64,000 bases of DNA from Candidatus Eiseniibacteriota bacterium (GCA_044229145.1 JBGATO010000015.1:1-64000), one strand, 5' to 3'. Shown: positions 17,597-29,680, numbered from the stretch's first letter. A program made the numbers and translations. Notes: generated from the letters alone by a model not told the origin.

Positions 17597-18582
17597 CTAG
17601 ACGGCAAGATGACAACGCACCCGGTGTCCGGGCGCGAGTTCGCGCTCCTCGGGCACGCGCGTGCGGCATTCGTCGGTCGCCTTCCAGCACCGCGGATGGA
17701 ACGTGCAGCCGCTCGGCGGATTCGCCGGGCTGGGCACGTCGCCGGTCAGCAGAATCCGTGACGGCTTGGCACCGACCCGCGGCACGGGCACCGCCGACAA
17801 CAACGCTTGCGTGTATGGATGCTTCGGCGTTGCATACAGCTGGGCCCGGTCCGCGATCTCGACGATGCGGCCGAGATACATCACAGCGACGCGGTCGCTG
17901 ATGTGCTCGACCACCGACAAATCGTGCGCCACGAAGATGTACGTCAGCCCGAGGTCGCGCTGGAGATCCTGCAGCAGATTCAGGATCTGCGCCTGGATCG
18001 ACACGTCGAGCGCCGACACCGGTTCATCGGCGACGATCAGCCGCGGGTTGACCGCCAACGCACGCGCCACACCGATCCGTTGGCGCTGCCCTCCGCTGAA
18101 CTCATGCGGATAGCGCCGCGCGTAATCCGGCGACAGCCCGACGAGCCGCAATAGTTCCGCGGCGCGCTCCTTGGCGGCCGCGCCCTGGGCGATCCGGTGC
18201 ACGCCCAGCACTTCCGTGAGCATCCCCCCGACCGTGATCCGCGGATTGAGCGAGCTGTATGGATCTTGGAAGATGATCTGCATGTCGCGCCGCAACGCGC
18301 GCATCTCGCGTCCCGGCAGCGCAAAGATCTCCCTGCCATCGAACCACGCCTGCCCCGCGGTGGGTTCCACCAGCCGCAACAGCGTGCGCCCCGTGGTGGT
18401 CTTGCCGCAGCCGGATTCGCCCACCAATCCGAGCGTCTCGCCGCGCCGGACCGTGAAGCTCACGCCATCGACCGCCTTGACGGCCCCGACCGTGCGACCG
18501 AACACGCCGCGCTTGATGGGAAAGTGCTTCACCAAGCCGCGCACGTCGAGGAGTGCGTCGGCGGAGGGCGACTGCATCTCGT

Positions 18583-18586
<4 letters not shown>
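17597..18586 (-). CDS. Oligopeptide/dipeptide ABC transporter ATP-binding subunit (OppF/DppF-like)
   Basis: [36 protein letters not shown]-terminal GCTFHPRC. Confidence 0.92.
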
Positions 18587-19626
<1,040 letters not shown>

Positions 19627-19634
19627 GCGTTCCC

Positions 19635-20822
19635 TCACTTCCCCTCGATGCGGCGGGGATCGAGCGCATCGCGCAATCCATCGCCGAGAAAGTTGTACGC
19701 CATACTGGTGACGAAGATGACAAGACCGGGCGCGAAGACCCACGGGTACGAGGTCATCTGCGTCACCCCGCGGGCGCCATTCAGCATGTTGCCCCAGCTC
19801 GCGGTCGGTTCCTGGATGCCCGCACCGAGGAACGACAGGTACACCTCCGAAAGAATGTAGCCGGGGATCGCCACCGTCGCCGCCACGATGGTGAACGACA
19901 GCGTGTTGGGCAAGATGTGCCGCAACAGAATGCGCCCGGTGCCGAACCCGAGAGCCTGCGCCGCCACCACGTACTCGTTCTGCCGCAACGACAGCACCAT
20001 GCCGCGAATGACGCGCGCCAGCGATGCCCACCCGATGAGCGACAGGAGCAGGACGATCACGAGATACATCTGCGACGACGACATCTCATTCGACGCCGGA
20101 AACGTCGCCCGGATCGCCAGGATCAGATAGAGATAGGGCATCGATTGCAGCAGTTCGGTGAACCGCATCATGAGCGTGTCCACCCACCCGCCGAAGTACC
20201 CGGCGAGCGCCCCCACGAACAGCCCGATGGCGAAGGTGATCAGCACGCCGAGCAGGCCGACACTGAGCGAAATCCGGCCGCCGAACACCACCCGCGAGAA
20301 GATGTCACGGCCGCTCGTATCGGCGCCCCAGACGTAGAGCCGTGCCGGAGCGTCGACGCCGAACACATGCCGCGTCCCGCGCACCCCACAGAATGTGTAC
20401 GGCTCGCCCGTCGCGAGGATCCGCACCGGATAGGCGCGCGTGGTGTCCTCCTCGTAGCTGAAGAGGCCCGCGCTTCCGGGCCGCAAGGCGTAGACGAACG
20501 GGAACAGGTGCCACGTGCCGTTGGCCTCGCGCCAATGCAGGCGGGTCGGAGGCGCATAGCCGAATTCATTGTGCTGGAGCGAGGGGTCGTACGGGGCAAC
20601 CCACGGTGCGCAGATCGCGCTCGCGTACAGCACGACGAGGACGATGGCGCCAAGCATCGCCGTGCGGTTCCGTCGCAGGTGACGCCACACGATGGCGCCG
20701 GGCGACTGCGGGGCGCGCGTCCTTGCCACGGCATCGCCGGTCACTGGCGCGGCGGGCCCGACCTCTGCGGCGATGCGGGCATAGTTCTGATAGGGACCGC
20801 GCAACGCGGCGAGCAGCTGCAT
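19635..20822 (-). CDS. Peptide ABC transporter permease (OppC/DppC-like)
   Basis: [31 protein letters not shown]...[20 protein letters not shown]. Confidence 0.92.
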   Translation of the reverse strand: MQLLAALRGPYQNYARIAAEVGPAAPVTGDAVARTRAPQSPGAIVWRHLRRNRTAMLGAIVLVVLYASAICAPWVAPYDPSLQHNEFGYAPPTRLHWREANGTWHLFPFVYALRPGSAGLFSYEEDTTRAYPVRILATGEPYTFCGVRGTRHVFGVDAPARLYVWGADTSGRDIFSRVVFGGRISLSVGLLGVLITFAIGLFVGALAGYFGGWVDTLMMRFTELLQSMPYLYLILAIRATFPASNEMSSSQMYLVIVLLLSLIGWASLARVIRGMVLSLRQNEYVVAAQALGFGTGRILLRHILPNTLSFTIVAATVAIPGYILSEVYLSFLGAGIQEPTASWGNMLNGARGVTQMTSYPWVFAPGLVIFVTSMAYNFLGDGLRDALDPRRIEGK

Positions 20823-20823
20823 G

Positions 20824-21792
20824 TCAGTCGAACTGAATCCGCGGGTCCGCCACCACGAGGAGCACATCCGCAATCAGGTTGCCGGCAATCAGCACGACGG
20901 TACCCATCAGCAGCGACGCCACCACCAGGTACATGTCGTGCGAGGTGTACGCTTCCAGGGTCAGCTGTCCGAGCCCCGGCCAGCCGAAGACCACCTCGAC
21001 GACGAAGGATCCGGTCACCAGCGATCCCAGCGTGTAGCCGAACAGCGTGATCAACGGATTGAGCGCGTTGCGCACTGCGTGCCGGCGAATGACGGCCGAC
21101 TCCGACAGCCCCTTGGCTCGCGCGGTCGTCACGTAATCCGCCCGCAGGACTTCGAGCAAGCTCCCCCGCATCTGTCGCATGCGCCCGGCCATCGTGATGC
21201 TGCCGAGCACGATGGCCGGCAGCACGAGGTGATGCAGCACGTCGAGGACGCTGCGCAGCGGCGTGAATCCCGCCGTATCCACCGCATGCATCCCGTTGAT
21301 CGGGAACCAGTGGGTACGCGCCGCGAACATGATGGCGGCGAGTGCTGCCAACACCTCCGGGGTCGACAGCCCGACGAATGCCACGAAGCCCGCCACGCGA
21401 TCCACCCAGGTGTTCTGCCGCACCGCCGCGAGGATGCCGAGCGGGATCGCGAGCCCCCACGTCACCACGGCCGCGGCCGCCGCCAGGAGCACAGTGTTGA
21501 GCAACCGTCCCTTGATGACCGCGAACACCGGCTGGTGGCGCGAGAACGACTCTCCGAAATCGAGGTGGACGAATACTTGGCGCAGGTAGAACGCGTACTG
21601 CACGTACCACGCGCGATCGAGTCCGAAGGCATGCCGCATCCGCTCGATCGACTCGGGACGGATGTTCGGATTCTCCATCTGCAACGACAGGTAATCCCCC
21701 GGCGCCAGGTGGATGATCAGGAACGCCAGCGACGAGACGCCGAGCAGCAGCGGAATCGTGTGCAGGAGCCGCTTGAGCAAAAAGGTGCGCAT
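20824..21792 (-). CDS. Peptide ABC transporter permease (OppB/DppB-like)
   Basis: LAPGD, LDFGES, DYVTTARAKGL...RHAVRNAL, DPRI. Confidence 0.92.
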   Translation of the reverse strand: MRTFLLKRLLHTIPLLLGVSSLAFLIIHLAPGDYLSLQMENPNIRPESIERMRHAFGLDRAWYVQYAFYLRQVFVHLDFGESFSRHQPVFAVIKGRLLNTVLLAAAAAVVTWGLAIPLGILAAVRQNTWVDRVAGFVAFVGLSTPEVLAALAAIMFAARTHWFPINGMHAVDTAGFTPLRSVLDVLHHLVLPAIVLGSITMAGRMRQMRGSLLEVLRADYVTTARAKGLSESAVIRRHAVRNALNPLITLFGYTLGSLVTGSFVVEVVFGWPGLGQLTLEAYTSHDMYLVVASLLMGTVVLIAGNLIADVLLVVADPRIQFD

Positions 21793-21819
21793 GTCAGCGG
21801 CACCCCGCGTCAGCCGCGG

Positions 21820-23658
21820 CTACGACGACGCCTTCCGGTAGATGCTGCGCAGATCCCACGTCACGCGCGGCGGCGTCGGCGCCGGCCGCACGTTGCCGAA
21901 TCCGTCACGCACCGCGACGAACGCCTTCTGCGACGGCAGGTACACGAACACTGCCTGGTCGTTGATCATGCGCTGGATCTCGTCCCACAGCTGCTTGCGC
22001 CGCGTCTGGTCGAAGGACACGGTGAGCTCGTCGACCATCTGGTCGATCTGGGCTTCCCACGCGGTGGCCGGCTTGGACTGGCCGACGTGCCAGAAGTGCG
22101 TCATGCCGGAGGACTTCCACACGTTGACGCCGAGCGACGGGTCGGGCGGAATCCCCCCGGTCAGGCCGAGCAGCATCGAGTCGTACTGGAAGTCGCTTTG
22201 CGCGTGCGTCACCAGTTCATTGAACGCGATCGGCTGCGGGTTCACCTTGATGCCCACCTTGGCGAGATCCGCCTGCACGTCGGTGAGCATTTGCTTGCGC
22301 ATGGTGTTCTCGGCGTTGGTCTGCATGTTGAATTCGAGTGCGTGTCCCTGCGCGTCCTCGAGGATGCCGTCGCCGTTGCGATCCTTGAAACCGAGTCCTG
22401 CGAGGATGGACTTCGCCTTCTCGAGGTCGTAGTTGTAGGCCGGCAAGTTCGGATTATGCCACCGCTTGTTGCCGGCGGTGGTCGGGCCCCAGTTGAGCAC
22501 GCCGAGGCCGTAGAAGGCGTTCTTGATCATCGCATCGCGGTCGAGCGCGTACGAGATCGCCTTGCGGAACTGCTGGTTGTTGAACCACGCGTACTTGTAC
22601 GCCGGCACCACCGGCGTCTTGCCATCCTTCTTGAAATTGAGATTCCACCAGATGAAGTTGGTGCTGAAGCTCACGCCGACATCGGTGACGGTGTAGCCCT
22701 TGGCGGCCTTCTGGAGCGTCGCGTAGTCCACCGCGCGCGGCGTCTCGAGCACGTCGCTCTCGCCACCCTGGAAGCGCAGGAGTTCCGCGTCCTGGTCCGG
22801 CACGATGGTGTAGACGACCTCGTCGAGATACGGCAGCCGCGTGCCGTCCTTGTCGACCGCGTAGTAGTAGGGATTGCGCTCGAACACCACCTTCTCGCCG
22901 CTCACCACTTCCTTCACGCGGAACGCACCGGAGGTCACGATCTGCGCGGGCGGCGTGTCGACACCGTAGGCCGCCATGAACGCCGCGCCGCCCTTCGCCA
23001 GCACCGGCTCGAGCACATGCTTCGGCATGCAGTAGATGTTGCCGGCGATGAGATCGGCGAACTGGCCGTACTTCACCGGGCAGCGGAAGATCACCGTCGA
23101 GTCGTCGGGCGTTTCGCACAGCACCGGCTGGCCGCCGATGAACAGCGCATCGTGGGTCGGCGTCGCGATCGTAGTGTCCATCACCACCCGGTACATGAAG
23201 GCGAAGTCGGCGGAGGTGATCGGGTGACCGTCAGAGAACTTGATGCCGCGCCGCAAGTGGAAGATCCACGACAGGCTATCCGGCGACAACTCCCATGACT
23301 TGGCAAGCGCCGGCACCGTCTGCTGCGTGATCGCGTCGTAGGTCACCAACCCATCGAACAGCTGGCCATCGACATCGCTGCTCGACTGCTCGTTGGCGAC
23401 GATGTAATTGAAGGTCTTCGGCATCGCGATCTCGGTCACCACGATGCGGCCGCCCGGCGTGCCGGATGGCAACGTACTGACCCACGGATCTTCCGGCATC
23501 GGAAGGGAATCCACGCGCGCCGCCGTTCCGCCGCCCCCCTTGCCCTTCTTCCCGCAGCCCGCGCTCAGCGGTCCGCTCGCCACGAGCGCCACCAAGGCGG
23601 CAACGGCACACGCGGTGCCCATCCAGCTTTCCACACGACGCCGACGATCGATCGACAT
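21820..23658 (-). CDS. Peptide ABC transporter substrate-binding lipoprotein (family 5)
   Basis: Lipobox-like LSAGC, LAKSWE.S.D...W.FHLR.GIKFSDG.PITSAD, ERNPYY, LPYLDEV. Confidence 0.9.
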   Translation of the reverse strand: MSIDRRRRVESWMGTACAVAALVALVASGPLSAGCGKKGKGGGGTAARVDSLPMPEDPWVSTLPSGTPGGRIVVTEIAMPKTFNYIVANEQSSSDVDGQLFDGLVTYDAITQQTVPALAKSWELSPDSLSWIFHLRRGIKFSDGHPITSADFAFMYRVVMDTTIATPTHDALFIGGQPVLCETPDDSTVIFRCPVKYGQFADLIAGNIYCMPKHVLEPVLAKGGAAFMAAYGVDTPPAQIVTSGAFRVKEVVSGEKVVFERNPYYYAVDKDGTRLPYLDEVVYTIVPDQDAELLRFQGGESDVLETPRAVDYATLQKAAKGYTVTDVGVSFSTNFIWWNLNFKKDGKTPVVPAYKYAWFNNQQFRKAISYALDRDAMIKNAFYGLGVLNWGPTTAGNKRWHNPNLPAYNYDLEKAKSILAGLGFKDRNGDGILEDAQGHALEFNMQTNAENTMRKQMLTDVQADLAKVGIKVNPQPIAFNELVTHAQSDFQYDSMLLGLTGGIPPDPSLGVNVWKSSGMTHFWHVGQSKPATAWEAQIDQMVDELTVSFDQTRRKQLWDEIQRMINDQAVFVYLPSQKAFVAVRDGFGNVRPAPTPPRVTWDLRSIYRKASS

Positions 23659-23740
23659 GGACATCCTCCGGATACGGCAAACAGGGGGCGCGGCAGGCCC
23701 GCGCGACGCGTCCGCCCTCGTGGCGAACGCGGAAGCGGCG

Positions 23741-23769
23741 AGTATAAAGAAGCCTCCGAAAAGCGTCTA
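23741..23769 (-). promoter_or_regulatory. Putative sigma-70 promoter for the peptide ABC operon
   Basis: TAGACG-N17-TATACT on the minus strand. Confidence 0.5.
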
Positions 23770-24666
23770 GGCGCGCGCCGCGCTGTCCGATGTCGCGGCG
23801 GCGGCCGGGGTTGCCGTTCCCCGCACGGCCCAGGCATCCCACACCGGGTCTGGGCTCCCCGTCGTGGCCAATCGGTCGGCGCGTGCCCGCAGTGCGGCGG
23901 GCAGGCCGGTCCATCGGTCGGCGATCGGCACGTGCGCGGTCCAGGTCGCGATCAGTGCGTCCACGGCTTCATCCCAGGCAGCGGTGCGGCCGCGGGCTTC
24001 CGAGACACAGGTCGCGCGGCCGAGTTCGAGCGCCGCCTCGGCGCGATGGCGCCGGTCCACCGCGAGAAACTCGCCGAGCCGCCGGAAGCCCGGACCGAGC
24101 AGGAAGGAGCCGTGCTGCAGTGTCGCCTGCGGCCACCGCCGCTGTGCGCTGCCCACGATCTTGCGGCCATCGACGGCGACCTCCCAGCGCGAGGCGGAGG
24201 CGAAGCAGCTGCGGTAGCCGGCGCCGACCCGCGGCGGTGTCGAGGTCCGTACGATCTCCGCCGGCACTTCCAATCGCCGCAGGGCCTCGCAGAGCCACGT
24301 GCCCACGGTGGCGGCCACCGCTTCGCGGCCCGCCGCCGGCGACGCCATCGCGGCGTCGGCGTGCGGCCAGGTCACGCAATAGGTGACTTCGTCGTCGTGC
24401 AATACCGCCCGCCCGCCGGTGGGGCGCCGTGCCACGCCGACGCCACCTGCCGCGCACGCCGCGTCGTCGACCACGGTGTCCCGCGACTCGCTGCGGCCGA
24501 GCGTGATGGTGGCGGGGGCGAACGCATAGAGGCGGAGCACCGGCACGCCGGTAGTGACGGTGTGTTCCAACTGCGCGACATCGGCGGCCATGTTCCACAC
24601 GCCGTCTCGCGCGTCACACACAGCGACGATCCATGGCCGCGTCGGGAGGTTCGGGGCTTCGGACAT
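23767..24666 (-). CDS. Lipoate-protein ligase A / octanoyltransferase (LipM/LipL-like)
   Basis: NMAADV, LRLY, RRPTGGRAVLHD.EVTY, CF, GRKIVGSAQ, LQHGS. It lies directly downstream of the gcv genes. Confidence 0.88.
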   Translation of the reverse strand: MSEAPNLPTRPWIVAVCDARDGVWNMAADVAQLEHTVTTGVPVLRLYAFAPATITLGRSESRDTVVDDAACAAGGVGVARRPTGGRAVLHDDEVTYCVTWPHADAAMASPAAGREAVAATVGTWLCEALRRLEVPAEIVRTSTPPRVGAGYRSCFASASRWEVAVDGRKIVGSAQRRWPQATLQHGSFLLGPGFRRLGEFLAVDRRHRAEAALELGRATCVSEARGRTAAWDEAVDALIATWTAHVPIADRWTGLPAALRARADRLATTGSPDPVWDAWAVRGTATPAAAATSDSAARA

Positions 24667-24725
24667 GGCGGCTCGCCCTGACACGCTCGCGGCGCGGAGG
24701 CTCTCCCCCGCGCCGCTCTCGCGTC

Positions 24726-26243
24726 CTAGGCTGTGGCTCGCGTGGCCGGCGGCGTCCACCGCACGTCGAGATCGCGTGCCGCGCGTGCCTCGTCCAAACG
24801 GCCGACCGGCGTCACGTGCGGCGCGCCGCGCACGACATCCGGCTCGCTCTCCGCCTCGCGCGCGATCTGCCGCATGACCTCGGCGAACCGGTCGATGGCC
24901 GCCTTCGGTTCCGATTCGGTCGGCTCGATCATCAGTGCTTCCTCGACGATCAACGGGAAGTAGATCGTCGGCGCGTACATCCCGAAGTCGAGAATGCGCT
25001 TGGCGATGTCGGTCGTGCGCACCCCCAGCGCCTTCTGCCGGCGGCCACTCAGCACGAACTCGTGCATGCAGGGTCCGTGATACGGTAGGTCGAAGTCGGC
25101 ACGCAGCTGCGACATCAGATAGTTGGCATTGAGCACTGCCTGCGTCGACATCTCGCGCAACCCCTCTGGGCCAAGCGTCACGATGTACGCCCACGCGCGC
25201 AACAGCACACCGACGTTGCCGGCGAACGAGTGCATGCGGCCGATCGACAGCGGCCGGTTCTCGTTCATCACGTAGCGTTCGCCGTGCTTCTCGACGTGCG
25301 GAATCGGCAGGAACGGCTCGAGTGCCGCGGTCACCGCGATCGGCCCGGCGCCCGGCCCGCCGCCACCGTGCGGGGTCGAGAACGTCTTGTGCAGGTTGGT
25401 GTGCATGATGTCGTAACCGAGATCGCCCGGACGCACGTGACCGACGAGCGCGTTGAGATTCGCGCCGTCCATGTACATGAGTCCGCCCGCCGCGTGCACC
25501 TTGCGTGAAATCGTCTCGATGTCGGTCTCGAACAGGCCGAGCGTGTTCGGATTGGTGAGCATGAGCAGAGCGACGGTGTCGTCGAGTGCGCGGTCGAGCG
25601 CGTCGAGGTCGACGCGGCCGTGCGCGTTCGACGGCAGTGCGCGCACGTTCATCCCGGCGGCCCGTACGCTGGCGGGGTTCGTGCCGTGCGCGGAGTCGGG
25701 AATGAGGACGGTGCGTCGCGTGGTGTCGCCGCGGTGGTCGTGGTAGGCGCGCGTCACCAGCAACCCCGCGACCTCGCCCTGCGATCCCGCCGCCGGCACC
25801 AGGCTCACCGCCGGCAAGCCGGCGACCTGTGCGATCGCCTGCTGCAGTTCGTACAGCAGCGCCAGCAGACCTTGCGTCCAGCCATCCGGCATCAACGGAT
25901 GCGAGGCCGCGAATCCCGGCAGCCCGGCGACCTCGTCGTTCACCTTCGGGTTGTACTTCATCGTGCACGAGCCGAGCGGGAAGAAGCCGCGCTCGATGTT
26001 GTGGTTGAGCGTCGACAGGCGCACGTAGTGGCGCATGACGATGTTCTCGGTGACCTCCGGCAAGCGCGGCGCCTGTCGGCGGAGCAGCGATGCCGGCAGC
26101 AGCGTGTCGAGCGGCTGTGTGGCCTCGGCTTCCGGCAGATCGAGGGGCCGCGGAGATGTGCCGCGATGTCCCGGCCGCGAGCGCTCGAAGATGAGCGGCT
26201 CGACGATGGTGCCGCCCTCAGTCTGCGTCAGGATCTCGTTCAT
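24726..26243 (-). CDS. gcvPB: Glycine dehydrogenase (decarboxylating) subunit 2
   Basis: PLGSCTMKYNP, PDSAHGTNPAS, NLHKTFSTPHGGGGPG, TIYFP, IEPTESE. Confidence 0.96.
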   Translation of the reverse strand: MNEILTQTEGGTIVEPLIFERSRPGHRGTSPRPLDLPEAEATQPLDTLLPASLLRRQAPRLPEVTENIVMRHYVRLSTLNHNIERGFFPLGSCTMKYNPKVNDEVAGLPGFAASHPLMPDGWTQGLLALLYELQQAIAQVAGLPAVSLVPAAGSQGEVAGLLVTRAYHDHRGDTTRRTVLIPDSAHGTNPASVRAAGMNVRALPSNAHGRVDLDALDRALDDTVALLMLTNPNTLGLFETDIETISRKVHAAGGLMYMDGANLNALVGHVRPGDLGYDIMHTNLHKTFSTPHGGGGPGAGPIAVTAALEPFLPIPHVEKHGERYVMNENRPLSIGRMHSFAGNVGVLLRAWAYIVTLGPEGLREMSTQAVLNANYLMSQLRADFDLPYHGPCMHEFVLSGRRQKALGVRTTDIAKRILDFGMYAPTIYFPLIVEEALMIEPTESEPKAAIDRFAEVMRQIAREAESEPDVVRGAPHVTPVGRLDEARAARDLDVRWTPPATRATA

Positions 26244-27601
26244 CGCGCCGCCTCCATCGCCGGCGCGACGCCGACGCGGCCCAGCACATCCACCAGACGA
26301 TCGACATCCGCGACGGTATTGCGATCCGTGCAGGCGATCAGCAGTTCATGGGTACGCGCTGCGTCGAAGCGTGACATCGGGATGCCGCACAGCACTCCGT
26401 CGTGCGCCGCGGCGTCCACGACATCCGCTGCGGCGATCGGCGTGCGCACCACGAACTCGCGGAAGACGGGTGGCTGGGTCACCAGCGCATACCCGGGCAG
26501 CGCCGCGATGCGGTCCGCCGCGTGGCGCGCCACGCGCAGACAGCGCTCGGCGACCTCCCGCAATCCTTCCGGGCCGAGCGCCGCGAGGTGCACGGTGGCC
26601 GCGAGGGCGAAGAGCCCTTGATTCGTGCAGATGTTCGACGTCGCCTTCTCGCGCCGGATGTGTTGTTCGCGCGTCTGCAGGGTGAGCGTGAACGCCCGGC
26701 GTCCCTGCGCGTCCGCCGTCCGGCCGACGATGCGGCCCGGCAGGCGGCGAATGTGCTCCATCTTCGACGCGAAGAAGCCCACGGCCGGACCGCCGTAGGT
26801 CGGACGCGTCGCCAGCGCCATCGCCTCGCCGACTGCGAGATCGGCGCCCCATTCGCCCGGCGGCGTCAACAACGCCAGCGACACCGGATCGACCACGGCG
26901 ACCACCACCGCCCCGGCCGCTTTCGCGGTGGCCGCGTACGCGCGGAGATCGTCGACCGCGCCTTCGAACGCGGGTTGCGGCAGGATGACGCACGCGGCGC
27001 CTTCGGCCTCCGCGGCCGTCAGCGGCGCGACACGCCCGCCTGGCGCGGCGAGTTCGACGATGCTGGCGCCGGTGGGCTCGAGCAGCGTGTGCAGCACCGC
27101 GCGGTAATGCGGGTGCAGCGCCGCCGACACCACCACGCGCTGGCGGTTGGTCGCGCCGATCGCCAGTGCCGCCGCCTCCACCGTCGCGGTGGCACCGTCG
27201 TACATCGACGCGTTGGCGACATCCATGCCGGTGAGCTCGGCGATCATCGTCTGGAATTCGTAGATGACCTGCAGAGTGCCCTGGCTGACCTCGGGCTGGT
27301 ACGGCGTGTAGGCGGTGGCGAACTCGGAGCGCGACATGACCTGGCGCACGAACACCGGCACGTAGTGGTCGTACGAGCCGCCGCCGAGGAACGAGATCGG
27401 ACGGCGCGCCGCCACGTTGCGGGTCGCGTGATCCGCGGCGATGCGCAGGAGATCCGCTTCGGCGAGCGGTCCCGGAACTTGCAGCGCATCGCTGCGGCGC
27501 AAGTGCGCCGGCACCGGCGCGAACAAATCGTCGATGGACGCGACGCCGATCGCCGCGAGCATCTCACGGCGTTCGGCATCGGAGGCGGGGATGTAACGCA
27601 T
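26240..27601 (-). CDS. gcvPA: Glycine dehydrogenase (decarboxylating) subunit 1
   Basis: YTPYQPEVSQG.LQ, NASMYDGA, REQHIRREKATSNICTN. Confidence 0.96.
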   Translation of the reverse strand: MRYIPASDAERREMLAAIGVASIDDLFAPVPAHLRRSDALQVPGPLAEADLLRIAADHATRNVAARRPISFLGGGSYDHYVPVFVRQVMSRSEFATAYTPYQPEVSQGTLQVIYEFQTMIAELTGMDVANASMYDGATATVEAAALAIGATNRQRVVVSAALHPHYRAVLHTLLEPTGASIVELAAPGGRVAPLTAAEAEGAACVILPQPAFEGAVDDLRAYAATAKAAGAVVVAVVDPVSLALLTPPGEWGADLAVGEAMALATRPTYGGPAVGFFASKMEHIRRLPGRIVGRTADAQGRRAFTLTLQTREQHIRREKATSNICTNQGLFALAATVHLAALGPEGLREVAERCLRVARHAADRIAALPGYALVTQPPVFREFVVRTPIAAADVVDAAAHDGVLCGIPMSRFDAARTHELLIACTDRNTVADVDRLVDVLGRVGVAPAMEAAR

Positions 27602-27607
27602 GGGTGC

Positions 27608-27988
27608 TTAGTGACTCCCGGTGTGCGCGGCGTACGCCTCGGCATTGAGCAGATCGGACGGAGCGCCGCCGCTCAACCGAACCTTGATCAGCCAGCCGCC
27701 CTCGTACGGTTCGCGATTGATGATGCTCGAATCGGCGGCGATGGCCGCGTTCGCTTCGACGACCTCGCCGGCCACCGGCGAGAACAGGTCGCTCACCGCT
27801 TTCACCGCCTCGATCACGCCGAATGCTTCCATCGGCGCCAACGTGCGTCCGGCCTGCGGCAACTCGACGAACACGATGTCGCCCAGTTCGGTCTGCGCGT
27901 AGTCGGTGATGCCCACCGTGGCGACATCGCCTTCGATCTTCACCCACTCGTGTTCGCGGGTGTACAGCAGGTCCGCCGGAATCCCCAC
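27608..27988 (-). CDS. gcvH: Glycine cleavage system H protein
   Basis: HEWV, GITDYAQ.ELGDIVFV, IEAVKAVSD (lipoyl-Lys), PY.GGW. AAGGAGG RBS before the GTG. Confidence 0.95.
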   Translation of the reverse strand: MGIPADLLYTREHEWVKIEGDVATVGITDYAQTELGDIVFVELPQAGRTLAPMEAFGVIEAVKAVSDLFSPVAGEVVEANAAIAADSSIINREPYEGGWLIKVRLSGGAPSDLLNAEAYAAHTGSH

Positions 27989-28045
27989 GTCGTCCTCCTT
28001 CACACGTCCGGTGTGTGGCGCACCGCCGCGCGGCACGCCGACGGC

Positions 28046-29140
28046 TTACTTGTGCGACGCCTTCTGATAGAAGGGCCGCTTCACCACTTCGAGATCCACC
28101 AGCGCGTTGCGCACCGACACCTGCAGCCGCGTGCCGAGCTTGCTGCGGTCGCTGCGCACGTACGCCATGCCGACCGCGCGCTCGAGGCTCGGTCCGAACG
28201 TGCCGCTGGTGACGAAACCGACTTCCTCGCCCTCGCTGAGCACCGCGGCGCCGTGACGCGGAATCGCGCGCGCATCGCCGGCCAGGAAGCCGACGAGCTT
28301 GCGCGCCGGGCCGGCTTCCTTCTCCGCGACGAGGATGTCGCGGCCGATGAACGACGGCTTGTCCCACTTCACCGTCCACCCGAGCCCGGCTTGCACCGGC
28401 GTCGTCGTCTCGTCGATATCGTTGCCGTAGAGGCAGTAGCCCATCTCGAGGCGGAGCGTGTCGCGCGCACCGAGGCCGGCGGGCCCCACCGCGAGGTCCG
28501 CGCCCTGCGTCTCGAGGCGCTCCCAGAACTCGGCGGCGCGTGCGGCCGGAATCACCAACTCGAAGCCATCCTCGCCGGTGTAGCCGGTGCGGCCAACCTG
28601 CAGCGTGGCGCCGTCCACCATCGCATTCATGCACGTGTAGTAGGCGAGATCACGGATTGCCTCGCCGGCGACGCGCGCCACCAACTCCTCCGCGTGCGGG
28701 CCTTGCACCGCGACCAGCGCGGTTTCCGCGGTGCGGTCGGTGAGCGTCACGCCAGATGGAAGATGCGCGAGCATCCACGCGCGGTCCTTGTCCGCATTCG
28801 CCGCGTTGACGATGACCAGGAAGTGATCGCCGAAGTTGTAGATGAGCAAATCGTCGAGGATGGTGCCGTCCGGTTTGCACAACGGCGAATAAAGCGCCTT
28901 CCCTTCCGGAAGGACGCCGACGCCGTTGGTCACCAGCTCGTCGAGCGCGGCACGCGAACCGGCGCCGCTGACGTAGAACCGTCCCATGTGCGACACGTCG
29001 AACAACCCGACGCTGGCGCGCACCCGGCGGTGCTCGTCGACGATACCGCTGTACTGCATGGGCATCTGCCATCCGGCGAAGTCGACGAGGCGGGCGCCGC
29101 GCGCCCGGTGAACGGCGTTCAGTGGTGTGGTCTGCGGCAC
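28046..29140 (-). CDS. gcvT: Glycine cleavage system aminomethyltransferase T
   Basis: FAGWQMP.QY, GLFDVSHMG, RTGYTGEDGFE, GLGARDTLRLE.G..LYG.D. Confidence 0.96.
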   Translation of the reverse strand: MPQTTPLNAVHRARGARLVDFAGWQMPMQYSGIVDEHRRVRASVGLFDVSHMGRFYVSGAGSRAALDELVTNGVGVLPEGKALYSPLCKPDGTILDDLLIYNFGDHFLVIVNAANADKDRAWMLAHLPSGVTLTDRTAETALVAVQGPHAEELVARVAGEAIRDLAYYTCMNAMVDGATLQVGRTGYTGEDGFELVIPAARAAEFWERLETQGADLAVGPAGLGARDTLRLEMGYCLYGNDIDETTTPVQAGLGWTVKWDKPSFIGRDILVAEKEAGPARKLVGFLAGDARAIPRHGAAVLSEGEEVGFVTSGTFGPSLERAVGMAYVRSDRSKLGTRLQVSVRNALVDLEVVKRPFYQKASHK

Positions 29141-29182
29141 GGCGGGCCCCCGAGGAAAAACGCACAAGTCGTGAAGGCTCGC

Positions 29183-29211
29183 AGACTAAAGACGCCCTCC
29201 GGAGGTGTCAA
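29183..29211 (-). promoter_or_regulatory. Sigma-70 promoter of the gcv operon
   Basis: TTGACA-N17-TAGTCT on the minus strand, about 40 nt upstream of gcvT. Confidence 0.6.
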
Positions 29212-29230
29212 GGACAGGTCCGGACGCAAC

Positions 29231-29266
29231 ACGGCCCGGACGGAGACCAAGCTCCCTCCGGGCCGT
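29231..29266 (-). terminator. GC-rich stem-loop after the small cupredoxin gene
   Basis: Inverted repeat ACGGCCCGGA...TCCGGGCCGT about 20 nt after the stop. Confidence 0.4.
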
Positions 29267-29287
29267 CCGGACGTCGTGGGGCGGGGG

Positions 29288-29680
29288 CTACTTGTAAAGC
29301 GCCTTGATCTTTGCCCACGCGGTCGGCACCACGCCGGTCGTGGCGACGTGCACCGTCCCCACCATGCCGAGTCCCTCGTGCGGACCGCAGAAGTACGGGT
29401 AGTCGCCCGCGGTGTCGAAGGTGTAGTCGAAGGTGTCACCGGCCTTGCTCAGGCCATGGTCGAAGAGGGATCCGGCATCCGGATCGCCCGAGCCCGCACC
29501 ATACGTCACCGTGTGAAAGCCGAGCGAGGGCATGGTCCAGTGCACCGTGTCGTGCAGGCCGATGGTAACGTCCTTCGGGGTGAACGCGAAGTTCGAGACG
29601 GTGACCGTGGTGGTCGCGGCTCCCGCCGCACCTGCACACACCACGCTCGTGAGCACTGCCAGCATGCACCGTCGGATCAT
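29288..29680 (-). CDS. Secreted single-domain cupredoxin (plastocyanin/azurin-like) with a short basic/aromatic C-terminal tail
   Basis: Signal peptide, FTPKDVTI...V.W...HTVT...YPYFCGPHEGLGMVG (His/Cys/His/Met type-1 Cu ligands). Ends in TTGVVPTAWAKIKALYK. Confidence 0.85.
   Translation of the reverse strand: MIRRCMLAVLTSVVCAGAAGAATTTVTVSNFAFTPKDVTIGLHDTVHWTMPSLGFHTVTYGAGSGDPDAGSLFDHGLSKAGDTFDYTFDTAGDYPYFCGPHEGLGMVGTVHVATTGVVPTAWAKIKALYK

Noticed and set aside
29141..29287. Glycine riboswitch upstream of gcvT
   Set aside because: There are no GGAGA/CCGAAG/CUCUCAGG aptamer motifs, and the promoter lies only about 40 nt from the start.
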